64,000 nt of DNA from Azolla caroliniana (Eukaryota; Plantae; Polypodiophyta), in assembly GCA_043228905.1 (NCBI GenBank), contig JBHGNT010000001.1, positions 25,854,001 through 25,918,000 on the forward strand, in the 5' to 3' direction. A model generated the notes under the pieces. That model was not told the origin of the DNA and made no database searches. It was given only the letters and a program-made list of their open reading frames with translations. Made by a program: the position numbers and the translations under genes. Shown in pieces: positions 28,042 through 38,593 of this stretch. Numbering within the stretch: the stretch's first letter is position 1; each line of letters opens with the position of its first letter.

Positions 28042-28905
28042 TCACCCCATTAAGAGCTCTAGAACAGGCTGCTCTCCAAGATTAGCTGATAGTTGTGTCG
28101 TATCCACTTGCTCCGTCTACTCAGTTGAATCTTGTCTTTGTTCAAACTCTAGAACATCGTTGAGGTCGACCATGTCCCCTCCTTCTTCATCTATAGGTTC
28201 CATCGGTTTCATGGAGGTCAGTTGAAACATCTTAGTTTCATTTATATGCTTTGCCCCAACCTCCTAGTCCTGGTCGGGACAATCCTAGATACCTTGGATC
28301 CTCATTTAACAAAATTTACTTGGGAGGGGTCCTTCTCCAAGGTGACGCAGTTCCTAAACAATTTGAGAGCGCACACAATCGTTGTTCTTGAATAAACAAT
28401 CATACATGTAGAAGTAAGAAAACAAAGACGAGAAATTGTAAGTTATTTTAAGATAGATTGATCACACTTATGAGAATACCTGTTCCAGAGAATAAGTTAG
28501 GCACCCAATCATCAGGGTTGGAGAACAACTCGACCAATCGATTAATTAATCGATGGGGCTTTTGATATGGGTTTACTAAACACTTGTCAGCAGAAACGTG
28601 GCGCAATTTCTTCGTTACTATTGGGCACATGATATAATTGATGACATTCCACTCATTCACATGTGCCCAAGCCTTCTTCTTAGAAATAGCATCGATATGC
28701 TCCACAACGCTCACCATTCGATTGCCCGGGGTACGAGTTATGTTCGTTTTAACCCTATTTGTAATGGAATGGAAACAAGTCAATATCTATGTAAAGTACA
28801 ATAGAAGCCATATATTAAATATATAGCAATTGAAAGCTTACCAATGCATGTGTTCATGGCATGGCATCTCGACTTCAGTGTAGTAGTGACCGATAAAGCC
28901 TGGCA
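28042..28905 (-). pseudogene. 3' part of an intron-containing N4-cytosine/N6-adenine DNA methyltransferase-like gene (N6_N4_Mtase family)
   Basis: Reads NPYQKPHRLINRLVELFSNPDDWVPNLFSGTG, then an intron at ~28388-28479, then TTIVCALKLFRNCVTLEKDPSQVNFVK. This matches the HPTQKP..L...I..S..GD.VLDPFxGSGTT...A....R..IG.E.D consensus. A second intron lies at 28787-28841. The acceptor is damaged, and a frameshift and stops are present. Confidence 0.8.
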
Positions 28906-28926
28906 CATACTATGAAATATTACTAT

Positions 28927-31465
28927 TCACCATAATGGACCCGCGGCCGGTTTCTGTGGATAACGTTCATGAAATGCTCGAACTATGTCTGGGGCATGCT
29001 TGAGATGGTGTGCCAGCTCCCATGTTGCTTTGGAGATCGGGTACCCTTTCCAGAGGACAAGGTATTGAAGCTAGCGACGGAAGAGACGAGTGTCAAGAAT
29101 TTGGTCGACCTCATATTCTTCTCCGGTCGAGAGCTAGATTGGTGGTGGAGGAGAAAGGTGTCGACTAGGGATTTCAAATATATACTGAGGTTCTAGAAGG
29201 GAGACATGAATACATTATGAATACGGAAGTGGGATGGTAGCTCTAAGCAGAAATCCATGGAACCAAATTTCTTGATGATTCGGAAAGGGCCTAACTTCTT
29301 GTAATCAAGCTTCAGACAAGGACGAGTGGTGGCAATATTGTGACAGAGAAGCCAAACAAAGTCACCTACCTCGAACCGGGGAGCATCTAAGCGAAGATGG
29401 TCAGTTTGCTCCTTGTAGCGGTCGTAAGTGAGGGCAAGCTCCAAGGAAAGGTTGCAATGTACATCTTCCAAGAGACGTGTCCGGTCCTCCGCAAAAGGAT
29501 TGATAGAGTCAGAGGGAAGCGAAATGTTGAAGCGGGTTTGGAGACTGTAATTGGTGAAAAATGGAGTAACTCCTGTAGATGCGTGCCGAGAGGTGTTGTA
29601 GGTGAACTAGGCAAGTGGGAGAAGGTCAACCCAATTGTCTTGTTGGTAGCTAAGAGAGCACCGCAAGTATTGTTTCAGGATTTGGTTAACCCACTCCGTT
29701 TGTCCCTCGGTTTGCGGATGATAGGCGGAAGACAAATTCACAGTACAATCGAAGGTTTGCAGAAGGCACCGCCAGAAATTGGAAACAAATTGTGGTCCTC
29801 GATCAGAAGTGATATCATCCGGGAGTCCATGTAGTTGAACCACATTTTTGAAAAACAAATCGGTTGTCTCCTCTCCGGTGATGGTTTTGGCACATGGAGC
29901 AAAATGAGCCATCTTGGTGAAGCGATCGACCATGACAAATATCGAGTCATAGCCACCAACAAAGGGAAGGTCAGTGATGAAATCCATGGAAAGAGAGGCC
30001 CAAGGCCGTTTGGGGATTGGGAGAGGGTGAAGGAGACCATATGGTCGATGATGAGATGCTTTAGAGCAAGCACAAATGTCGCATGACTTAACAAACTCTT
30101 TGACCAATTTCCAAGGTTGTGGCCACAAGTACCCCTGAGATATCAATTCCAAGGTTTTCGCAATGCCAAAATGACCAACAAGTTGATCATCGTGACACTT
30201 GTGGAGCACCCTGGTCTGACACAAACCTTCTGGGACATACAAAAGATTATCTCGAAACAAAAGATTATCCTGAATTGTAAAACGAGCTAAATCGGGCCTT
30301 TTGGGTTCATGGGAGGGGTTTGTGATACTTGCCTTTACCTCTGTGGCGAACTTGTCAGTCATAGTGGCATTTGTTATTTGTTTGTGCAAAGAGTCATCCC
30401 GGAGCAAGCAAGTCGCGAAGTTGTAGAATTGGTCAGGCTTTAACAAACTCTGGGACTGTTGGACATAGGCTTCATCCTCCGGAGTGAGCTCGAACTCAGA
30501 CCGACGGGATAAGACATCAACCGTCGTGTGTTGTGCGCCGGGTCAAAAGATTATCTCAAAATCATAGTCTGCCAAGAAGGTTGACCATCACGCCTGTCTA
30601 CGATTTAAAGTTCGTGTGGTAGAAAAGTATATTAGATTTTTGTGATCGGTAATCACTTGGATACGGTGTTGCGCCCCGGCTAAATAGGGTCTTCATTATT
30701 CAAAAGCAGCAATAATTACGAGAAGCTCCTTGTCGTATATGGGGTAGTTGATTTCTGGCACCGTGAATTTGCGGGAATAGTAAGCCACCGGGTGAAGTAC
30801 ACCGACCTCATCTGGCTGGGAGAGGATCACCCCAATGGAGAAATCGGAAGCATTCGTTTCGACTTGGAAAGGCTTAATGGGGTCAGGATGTAAAAGGATT
30901 GGTGCCATAGTAAAGGCTTGTTTTAGCAAGTCGAACGCCTTTTGTGCAGTTGTTGTCCATTCGAAAGTAGCATCCTTACGGGTAAGAGCAATGAGAGGTT
31001 GTGCAATCACTAAGAATCCTTTGATGAAGTGACGATAAAAATTGGCTAAACCAAGGAATGATTGCACATCTCGTACCCAAGTTGGGACAACCTACTCTTG
31101 GATAGTCTTGAATTTCCGTGTGTCCATTGTGATTCCTTGTGTCAAGATGACATACCCAAGAAACTCTACAGAAGTACGATCAAATTCACATTTTTCACAT
31201 TTAGCATAGAGTCCATGCTCGCGACGTTTGGTGAGGACTAACCTAACATGTCGAGTATGCTCCTTGATGTTCGAAGAGAAGACCAAGATATCATCTAGAT
31301 AGATCACAACAAAATGTTCTAGATATTCTCGAAAGATGTCATTCATCATATGCTGAAATACTACAGGAGCATTAGTGAGGCCGAAAGGCATCACCTTATA
31401 CTCGAAATGACCGTAGCGCGTTCTAAAGGCGGTTTTCCATTCATCTCTAGGTTTGATCTGTACCG
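28927..31465 (-). mobile_element. LTR-less Ty3/gypsy chromovirus pol fragment (RT-RH-INT-chromodomain)
   Basis: Motifs [27 protein letters not shown], integrase HHCC and core (MDFI, SDRGPQF), KKLGPF and chromodomain YLVLWKGYPISKATWE. It contains stops and frameshifts. Confidence 0.92.
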
Positions 31466-32169
31466 AATATTGGTGGCCCATCAATGGCGAGCACGACTCG
31501 TTTACAACCACTAGATAATCTTGAATTGAATAATTTAGTTCGTCCACGACAAAGAGATATTTACGTGGGGCCAAGATTATTGCATGCTGCTAAGGCGAGA
31601 TGGCAAGGCAATCTACATGAGCTGCAAGTTGGTATGTTGGTTGCAACATTAGCTGGGGGTGATAAGTTGGGCCATCCATTTTGGATTGCTAAAATCATTG
31701 AAATTATTAAGGATGATGAAGGCAATCAAGTTCAATCCATTGTGGTTCATTGGTATCATACCTCTTCCAAAGATGCATTTACGAGGAAATACTCTTTAGA
31801 GATGGTTAAAAGGATGTCGGAGGCACAAACAGAAAGCGGAGAAGGAAGAATCTACCTGGCACGTCTACTCTAACACTTGATAATGTTGACATACTCATGT
31901 ATGACTTCTCCTTGACCAAAACAGGCCATCTAAGACAGACTACAATCAAGATAATAAAAGAGAAGGTCCCAGATGTGCCTAATGACGCATTACAGATATG
32001 AACAAGGAGTATGTCTCATAATCACGATGACATTAGATTGCAAATGGATGAAGACAATGCATTGGTTGCTAGTGATGATGAGGATGAGACCTCACAAACC
32101 TCTTCTAGTTCATCGAGTGGGTCTAAAGGGGAAGGCGTATCTCTGGGAAGTGATGGATCTCATATATGA
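31466..32169 (+). pseudogene. C-terminal part of a second transposon gene (probably the transposase tail)
   Basis: A long frame LQVGMLVATLAGGDKLGHPFWIAKII...IVVHWYH continues after a frameshift as KRRRKNLPG...YDFSLTKTGHL and an acidic tail. It ends ~260 bp before the right TIR. The catalytic core is absent, so the identity is inferred. Confidence 0.5.
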
Positions 32170-32464
32170 AATGTAAATATTGTACATTACACCAATATGG
32201 CGATTCACAAATATGTATAAATATAGGTGTTAGTCATTTTGTAATTTTTGTACGTTCTCTTGTAAATTTCACGTGTCGATTATTTAGGCATTTTTTGAAA
32301 GCCCTAAATTTTTGGACATGGTATAAATCAATATATTTTGATTCAATTTCCAAAAACCTTTACACGTGCGATGGTCCTTTTTGAGAAATGATCTACTTTG
32401 TGTCTTTTTTGGACGGACTGTTCTTAAATTGCGACATATTATCTGTTTCAAATGACCCGGTGTT

Positions 32465-33560
32465 CATTGCAAAAATGCCTCATTTTACCAATGAATCTAG
32501 CGATGCATCATGAAGCAAGTGTGTTGCATCCCATCTTCCAAACCATTTTTTCCATATAATGTATCCAATTGAACACAAAATTTTGCATTTATGCGTCTTT
32601 TGGATCTTTTTGCATTTATGTGTCCATATAATGTATTCCATGTGATTCTAGGAAGTCGATGTGAGGTGCTATTTTGAACCTTTAGCATGTATTCAACAAC
32701 CCTTTGCATGATCATTATCTCAATTGGAAGTGATCTCGTCTCAAGAAGTAGGAGGGTATACACATTTGTTTCTTGACTTGGAGAATCTTTGTTAGAAAAT
32801 GCTTTTGGACATTTGCAAAATCTTTCAAAGTAGACTTAGGGATGTACCACCCCATACTTCCACACAATAGAGTAGCACCAATGTCACGAAAGTGTAGAAA
32901 ATGTATTTCTTGAGGGCCTAACACTTAATTTCCCCATTATTGTATATGTTCTCAAATGCATAATATTCCCCCTTTCTTGCATCCAAGCAATAGGTAGCAC
33001 ATTCATTCCAACTATGATTCAAGGGAACTTCAAAGATAAGGTTACATAAACTTATGTGCATCTCCGAAAATATTTTCAAAAAGTATCACATCATCTTGAT
33101 ATGACAAAAGCATGATGTCTACATTCCCAATGAAAACTGAAAACTTCTTCAATGTCTTCTTAAACTTGGCAATAGGTTGTTCTAATTCATTAATTCAAAG
33201 ACCAAATAGAGTTGGTGACAAAGGCATCCTTTCGTAACACCAATAGTGCTATCAAAAAAATCTGAACTTTCATCTCCCATATGCACGGAACATATAATCT
33301 TCTGATAGATTTCGGCAAGTCCAAGCGTATATTCACTTGGCATCCCAAGTTATTCCATGTGCTAGCGAATATGCTCATGAGGTACCATATTAATTAAATC
33401 TTTCTTGACGTTTTTAAAGCAGGAATATAAACCCTTGAAGGTGACAAGGTGATGTGTGGTCTCTGTGTGTTGCACGGAACACTTCTATAGATCGATGGAG
33501 TTTTGCTTCTCGTCGATATCGTTGTTTACCTTGGGATCGAACCGGTGTTTACCCTTTTGG
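32465..33560 (-). mobile_element. RTE-type LINE reverse-transcriptase remnant (5' part)
   Basis: Decayed motifs SDFFDSTIGVTKGC (GVxQGC), IMLLSYQDDV (YADD) and VQKHFL..ILQVKKQ...LLLETRSLPIE. Confidence 0.8.
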
Positions 33561-33983
33561 TGGCGAACCAGGCGGGGGTAGTTGCCAATTACCACTAAGC
33601 CGCTAACTCGCTTAATGATATGTGATTTGTGCTTATATCTCTCTCACTCTCTGACATTCATTCTCTTAGACAAATGGAAATCAAGAATGTAATTATTAAT
33701 CTCTCCTGCTAATAGGTCTTGCAGCAACAAGGATGAGAGATTAGTGTCTTTCTACTAAACACTAGCACTAATCTCTGTTAAGCTTATGATTACAAGAAAG
33801 AGGAGATAAAGGTTACAACGTTAATCACATTGGAGAACTTCACAAATGGAGGTACCCTTACAAAGACACCATTGTGTGGTTTATATAGGTTTTACATTAT
33901 GGGTGTGGCCATTTCACACTTGGCTGCTTATTGGCTTGCCTTCCTCTACTGGTTCTTACTTGTACTTCCCTTTCATATGTCCT

Positions 33984-34175
33984 TTAGTTGTTCAGTATCC
34001 TTGTTGATGCACTCTTCTTCACAACCAAAGTATGTTGCGTTCCAATTGCTTAACAAGTGATCAATGTTGCTATGTTAAGAAGCAATTGGAACGCAACATA
34101 CTTTGGTCGTGAAGAAGAGCGCATCAACAAGGATACCGGACAACTAACTTAACAGGTGATCGGTGTCGCTATGTT
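33984..34175. repeat. 68-bp inverted repeat with a re-duplicated 28-bp spacer (A-B-A'-B)
   Basis: Arms lie at 33984-34051 and 34080-34147 with 4 mismatches. cttaacaagtgatcaatgttgctatgtt recurs at 34148-34175. Confidence 0.9.
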
Positions 34176-34296
34176 CATAAGCTCAATCCTACACGTTTTA
34201 ACTTTCATTATGTTGTACATCCAAATAGGTTTCCCATTAGTGAAATGATCATGATGGTTTAATAATTGTTTACATTTATTTATATCTCCATCTATG

Positions 34297-34829
34297 TGTA
34301 AAGGTTTAATCCAATTTGTAGTCCAATCATAGAGTATGATTAAACATATAATTTATCCACATGTGCTTCCTTTGGCATCCATATGAGTATTTCTTCCTGA
34401 TGATAATCAAGCTCAACCTAGTCTAGTGTGTGAACACACCTTTTGCGAATCTATGAGCACTCAAAGGTCAAAGGTCACCACTACTTTCTACACATTAACT
34501 ATGTGTCATAGAATCATATTCTATGAAACATAACTAATAAGTTCCATATTCCCCATAACGAATGAGTTTCCACATTCCCCAAGGTTCTAGAGAGTGTATG
34601 GCATTTTAGTGAGAGAATGAGAGGGTGACCTTATATAAAGCACCCTCCTCTTACTTTGTAATGTGTCGATTAATCTCCTTTGTAATATTCGTATTGTTGT
34701 AGTTGTTCTCCACTTCCTAATGCATACATCTTTTTGAGTATTTCTGTGTCTCTCTTCTCTCCTCTTTCACACACAAAAAACACACATCTCTAATCTATTC
34801 CGTTGCATAGAATCACTTGATTCTTTACA
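34297..34829 (+). mobile_element. Probable LTR of a degenerate retroelement (decayed internal region may extend to ~36500)
   Basis: TGTAAAG...CTTTACA inverted termini, a TATA-like ttatataaa and a CT-rich 3' half. There is no TSD and no clear PBS. Confidence 0.55.
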
Positions 34830-34927
34830 CTTCCTTTATATATTGAAGATTGCTTGCCTTTCAAGAGGCCAATTTAGTAAGACCTACACATACATCTTCA
34901 ATCATAAAGAAGGGAGGCATATGCGAA

Positions 34928-35284
34928 AGAGAACCATATCACAAAATATTTCTAGCAATTGATAGCTCATATAAATTCTTACAATTGGTAAACAAGTCCA
35001 CAAGGGTTGGGTCACCATAACTCTTAATACATTTCGTCTTTAGAAGAGAACCATATCACAAAAAATTTCTAGCAGTTGATAGCTCATATAAATTCTTACA
35101 ATTGGTAAACAAGTCCACAAGAGTTGGGTCACCATAACTCTCAATACATTTCGCCTTTAGAAGAGAACCATATCACAAAAGATTTCTAGCAATTGAGAGC
35201 TCATATAAAGTCTTACAATTGGTAAACAAGTCCACAAGAGTTGGGTCACAATAACTCTCAATACATTTCGCCTTTAGAAGAGAG
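34928..35284. repeat. Three tandem copies of a ~118-bp unit
   Basis: agagaaccatatcacaaaa...catttcg(t/c)ctttaga occurs three times. Confidence 0.92.
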
Positions 35285-37991
35285 TGTCTGGTAGTAAAAT
35301 GAGATCCCAACAATGGAGAGAGATAGGTACAAAAAGTAACCCTAAAGTCAAGAAGGCTAAGAGCAAAGGCAAGCAAACTATTAAACAATGTCTTGAAGCA
35401 ATTGCTTCACCATATGAAAACGAATTCAAATATTGTCAAGTGACATTTGTGAACCTCGAATCTATGACCTTGTATACCAAGTACAAAGTACAAACCATTG
35501 AGATAATGCTAGATTTGTCTTAGATGTTTACACATAATGTAAGTTTGAGACAAATTTTGGTGAACCTGATGTCAAAAGTGTAGGATTGAGATGGTGTATC
35601 AAAGTTTATGAAGATTGTGTGGTGAGACATGTAACTATAGAGGGAAGGTGAGACACATCTTACAATTGATTGAGGAAGACTGATGGTGGTGTGGATAGTT
35701 CATCAAATGAGAGTAAAGAAAATGCTAACAGAATATGAGGAAAAAGAATCTCGGTTCGAAGAAAGATGTGGAAAAGAAAAAGGGAGGAAAAGAGTGAAAG
35801 AACAACAAGGGATAAATGAATGTAAGAAGGTGATCGACGAATAAATGAAAAAAAAGGAACAACCATGTTAGAGGGGATGTGTTTGTAAGGTACATCATCC
35901 CCTCTAATATGGACCTCTATTATATGGTTGTATGTTGTTTTAACCAATAGAGCTCCTATGTGGAGGTGCAAAGAGTGTTGAGCTAAAATTGCCAATGAAG
36001 GTAGTTTGGTTGTCGAGGGTAGTGATGTAGGGTGTTTCACCAAAGGGGCTTGTCCAAACCACCCATTGGGATGTCTCTAACAATTTTTTGGTGGTCCACT
36101 TATAGTATTGTGATTGACATTTGTTGAAATGTGGGCATTATTGTCTTGTATGATGACCTTGGCACGTGGAGTACTAAGGTTCCATAAGACTATAGACCAA
36201 GAAAGTAGTTACACATCCTTTATTTATGCAAAATGATTTAGCATTTCATACAAAAGGCTTCTAAATGAGAATGAGCCCAATTGTGGACATTTGGGTTACA
36301 TAAGTGAGGGGCTCATAAGCATGGATGGTTCTTTGAAATGATACATATGGCCATAAGCCTCCCATAACTCATGAATTGTGGAACCAACTTCTTAATTTGA
36401 GCTATCTTACCACAATTATTTGTTGATCTTGATGGGGGTATCATTTTTGCTCCCTCACTATTAGGGATACTAGTGATTGTGTTGATTTTAGAACTATATA
36501 AAGTTTTCTTTTGGGCATAAATGCTTCTTGGGGTATAGGCTCTAGTGTAGGTATTTGGTTTGACCTAGAGCCTTTCTAGTGTTCTTCTCTCATATAGTCT
36601 CGACTGTCTACTCTCTAGAGATGACTCCTTTTCTAAAGAGGTTGAAAACATGTTATTGGCCTAACAATGTTTGGTTGTGAATCTTCTCTAATAATATATG
36701 TGTGATGGCCCTTTACTCTCATTAACTAGCATTCAATAGAGTCAAGCCGCTCTAGGAGCGTGCTTCTCATAGTCACGATGTGCACTCTCAATTGCGCCAT
36801 TCATTAGTAAAATTCTTGAACATCAAGAATTGCTACTCACTTTCTCATGTACTAAGCGAAAATGTTATAATTTTTGTCTTGTAAGTCATATCTCACCTTT
36901 GAAAACGATAATAAAATCTAGTTATCTCAGTATTGTTTCATCAATTACGACTCTAATTTCAAGTAACATAGCTTCATATATTGTCTGACTTAATAATTGC
37001 CACTTTAAGCTCTAAAAATATTTCAAATCAATCATGACTTAGCATTTTAATGTCTATTTCCTTGCCACCATGCTTAGGTGTTATAATAGAGGAGACACTT
37101 GCCAAGTTTAACTAACTAGCATGGTTTCCTTGATTTAGATCTAAATCCCTTTGTGCACCTAAATTAGCCCTTCACCAATTGATAACAATTGTTTGTTTTG
37201 TCTTTGGCCATGTGGACGGTTCTGAATTTAAAGTCCCATCAAGATGTTTTCACTTTCATAATTTTCGTTGTATAGCATCTACATGGTTTTGTTTCGTCAA
37301 GAAGTTCAATTCTCATCAACAATATTCCTTGTTTGAAAATTTCTTTCCTCATTTAGAAATGATTTCTTGTCCAAGATTTTCTTTTATCATCAAGAAATGA
37401 TTTCTTGCCCAAACGTTCCTTTCCTCGTTGAGCAATTATTTCCCATCCAAAAATTTCTTTCCTCGCTAGGTGCTAAAGAGGTGGGTGACGATGATTTTAT
37501 TCCTTGATAGCTTCAAAGAATCTTTAAATTGTTAGTGTCTCTTCAAGTACTCGTTGTACTTTCTAAGTGGGAGAGATAAAAAGTAAAAATAGATATAGTG
37601 AAAAATGAAAAAGTGATTATGAAAAAACTTAACACAATAATAGTTTATTATGAAAACTTAATAATAATAAGAAGAAGGAAGGCCTAAACTTTTTGGTTTA
37701 GTCTCTTGTTTGTCTAGTTGAGACACCCTATTTGTCATCTTTTCTCCACTTTGCTTTTTTCACCTGTAAAATATAATTGTTTGCCTCAAGAGCTTACGAA
37801 AAGCTTAGTATAATTGTAAATAACAATCTTGTGGATGTATGCAAGTAGGTTTAATATGTTTCTAACTATGTGCACGTTGTTCATGGTGTTACTCCCTCTT
37901 GGAGAAAACACCTTTGATTACTCCTCTTGAGTAATCAGATCAAGGTATTGTGGTGCAAAGGAGAGTTGAAGTTACAACACCTTGCCGAGAC

Positions 37992-38474
37992 TGTTATCCA
38001 AGTCGTTACGAGGTATTTGGATTTCCCTGTACTCATGGTACCTACAAGCAGTTATTTAGATTGTTCCACTTGTATGGAGTTACGACCAACAAAACTAGGA
38101 AGGTATTTCGTGGGGTCGGCTACAACCGATCCTCCAATACGCCTTCCCAACTTAGATATATATATGTACATCAAAATATAAAGAGACAGAACACCGAAGT
38201 TGCCCACAAAAATATATTCGATTAAAGTGTAAACACACAGATACAAGTACCAAATATTATCGGTAAAGCACTCACTCTGTATCCCTTTATTCCTGGCCTA
38301 ATCCCTCTTTTCCCCTTCCCTTTCGTGTTCTCCAATACTCGATATATAGAGTCCCCTATGCTCGGCATTTTCCAGCCGTTCTTCCTAAATGTTCGACTTC
38401 CTTTGTTCGGCTGTTAGTGCTCGACCCTCCTTGATTTGTTTCACACCTTGTCACACTTGTCCCACCGGGTAACA
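37992..38474 (-). repeat. 3' LTR of element A (483 bp)
   Basis: TGTTA...TAACA termini. On the minus strand it has TATATA, AATAAA and a GT-rich tract in order. It shares GAACGGCT and TCGGTTGTAGCCG with B's LTR at equivalent positions. Confidence 0.85.
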
Positions 38475-38593
38475 CCTGGCACGCCTATGGGATAGTGCCT
38501 TGCACGTCGAACCCAAGACTCCGAAAAGAATCGAAAAAGAAAAACTAGGAAAATGAATCCAAAATCTAAAGAACTGGAGGTGTGTAATATACA

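Larger units (their letters stand above)
27236..32464. mobile_element. TIR DNA transposon with 4-bp TSD (Sola-like by inference), centre deleted and replaced by a gypsy fragment; carries a DNA methyltransferase-like gene
   Basis: The 35-bp TIRs are AACATCTGGACATTTGAAATAGGTAATATGTCGCA (27236-27270) and the reverse complement of 32430-32464 (30/35 identical). TSD CATT lies at 27232-27235 and 32465-32468. The element interrupts a LINE reading frame. Confidence 0.85.

Noticed and set aside
28780-29150. Chromodomain directly upstream of the methyltransferase remnant, suggesting an N4CMT-like fusion
   Set aside because: The chromodomain is the normal C-terminus of the gypsy integrase and ends in TGA at 28927-28929. 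The adjacency results from a deletion.
32469-32481. GAGGCATT as a GAG-type transposon terminus
   Set aside because: It encodes LINE residues (EAFLQ). The TSD places the end at 32464.
34928-35284. Regular repeats resembling a CRISPR array (also 24993-25415)
   Set aside because: These are whole-unit tandem repeats with no unique spacers and no cas genes, in a eukaryotic context.
36880-37600. Possible decayed coiled-coil gene with ~44-bp repeats on the minus strand
   Set aside because: It is too degraded to define a frame or an identity.
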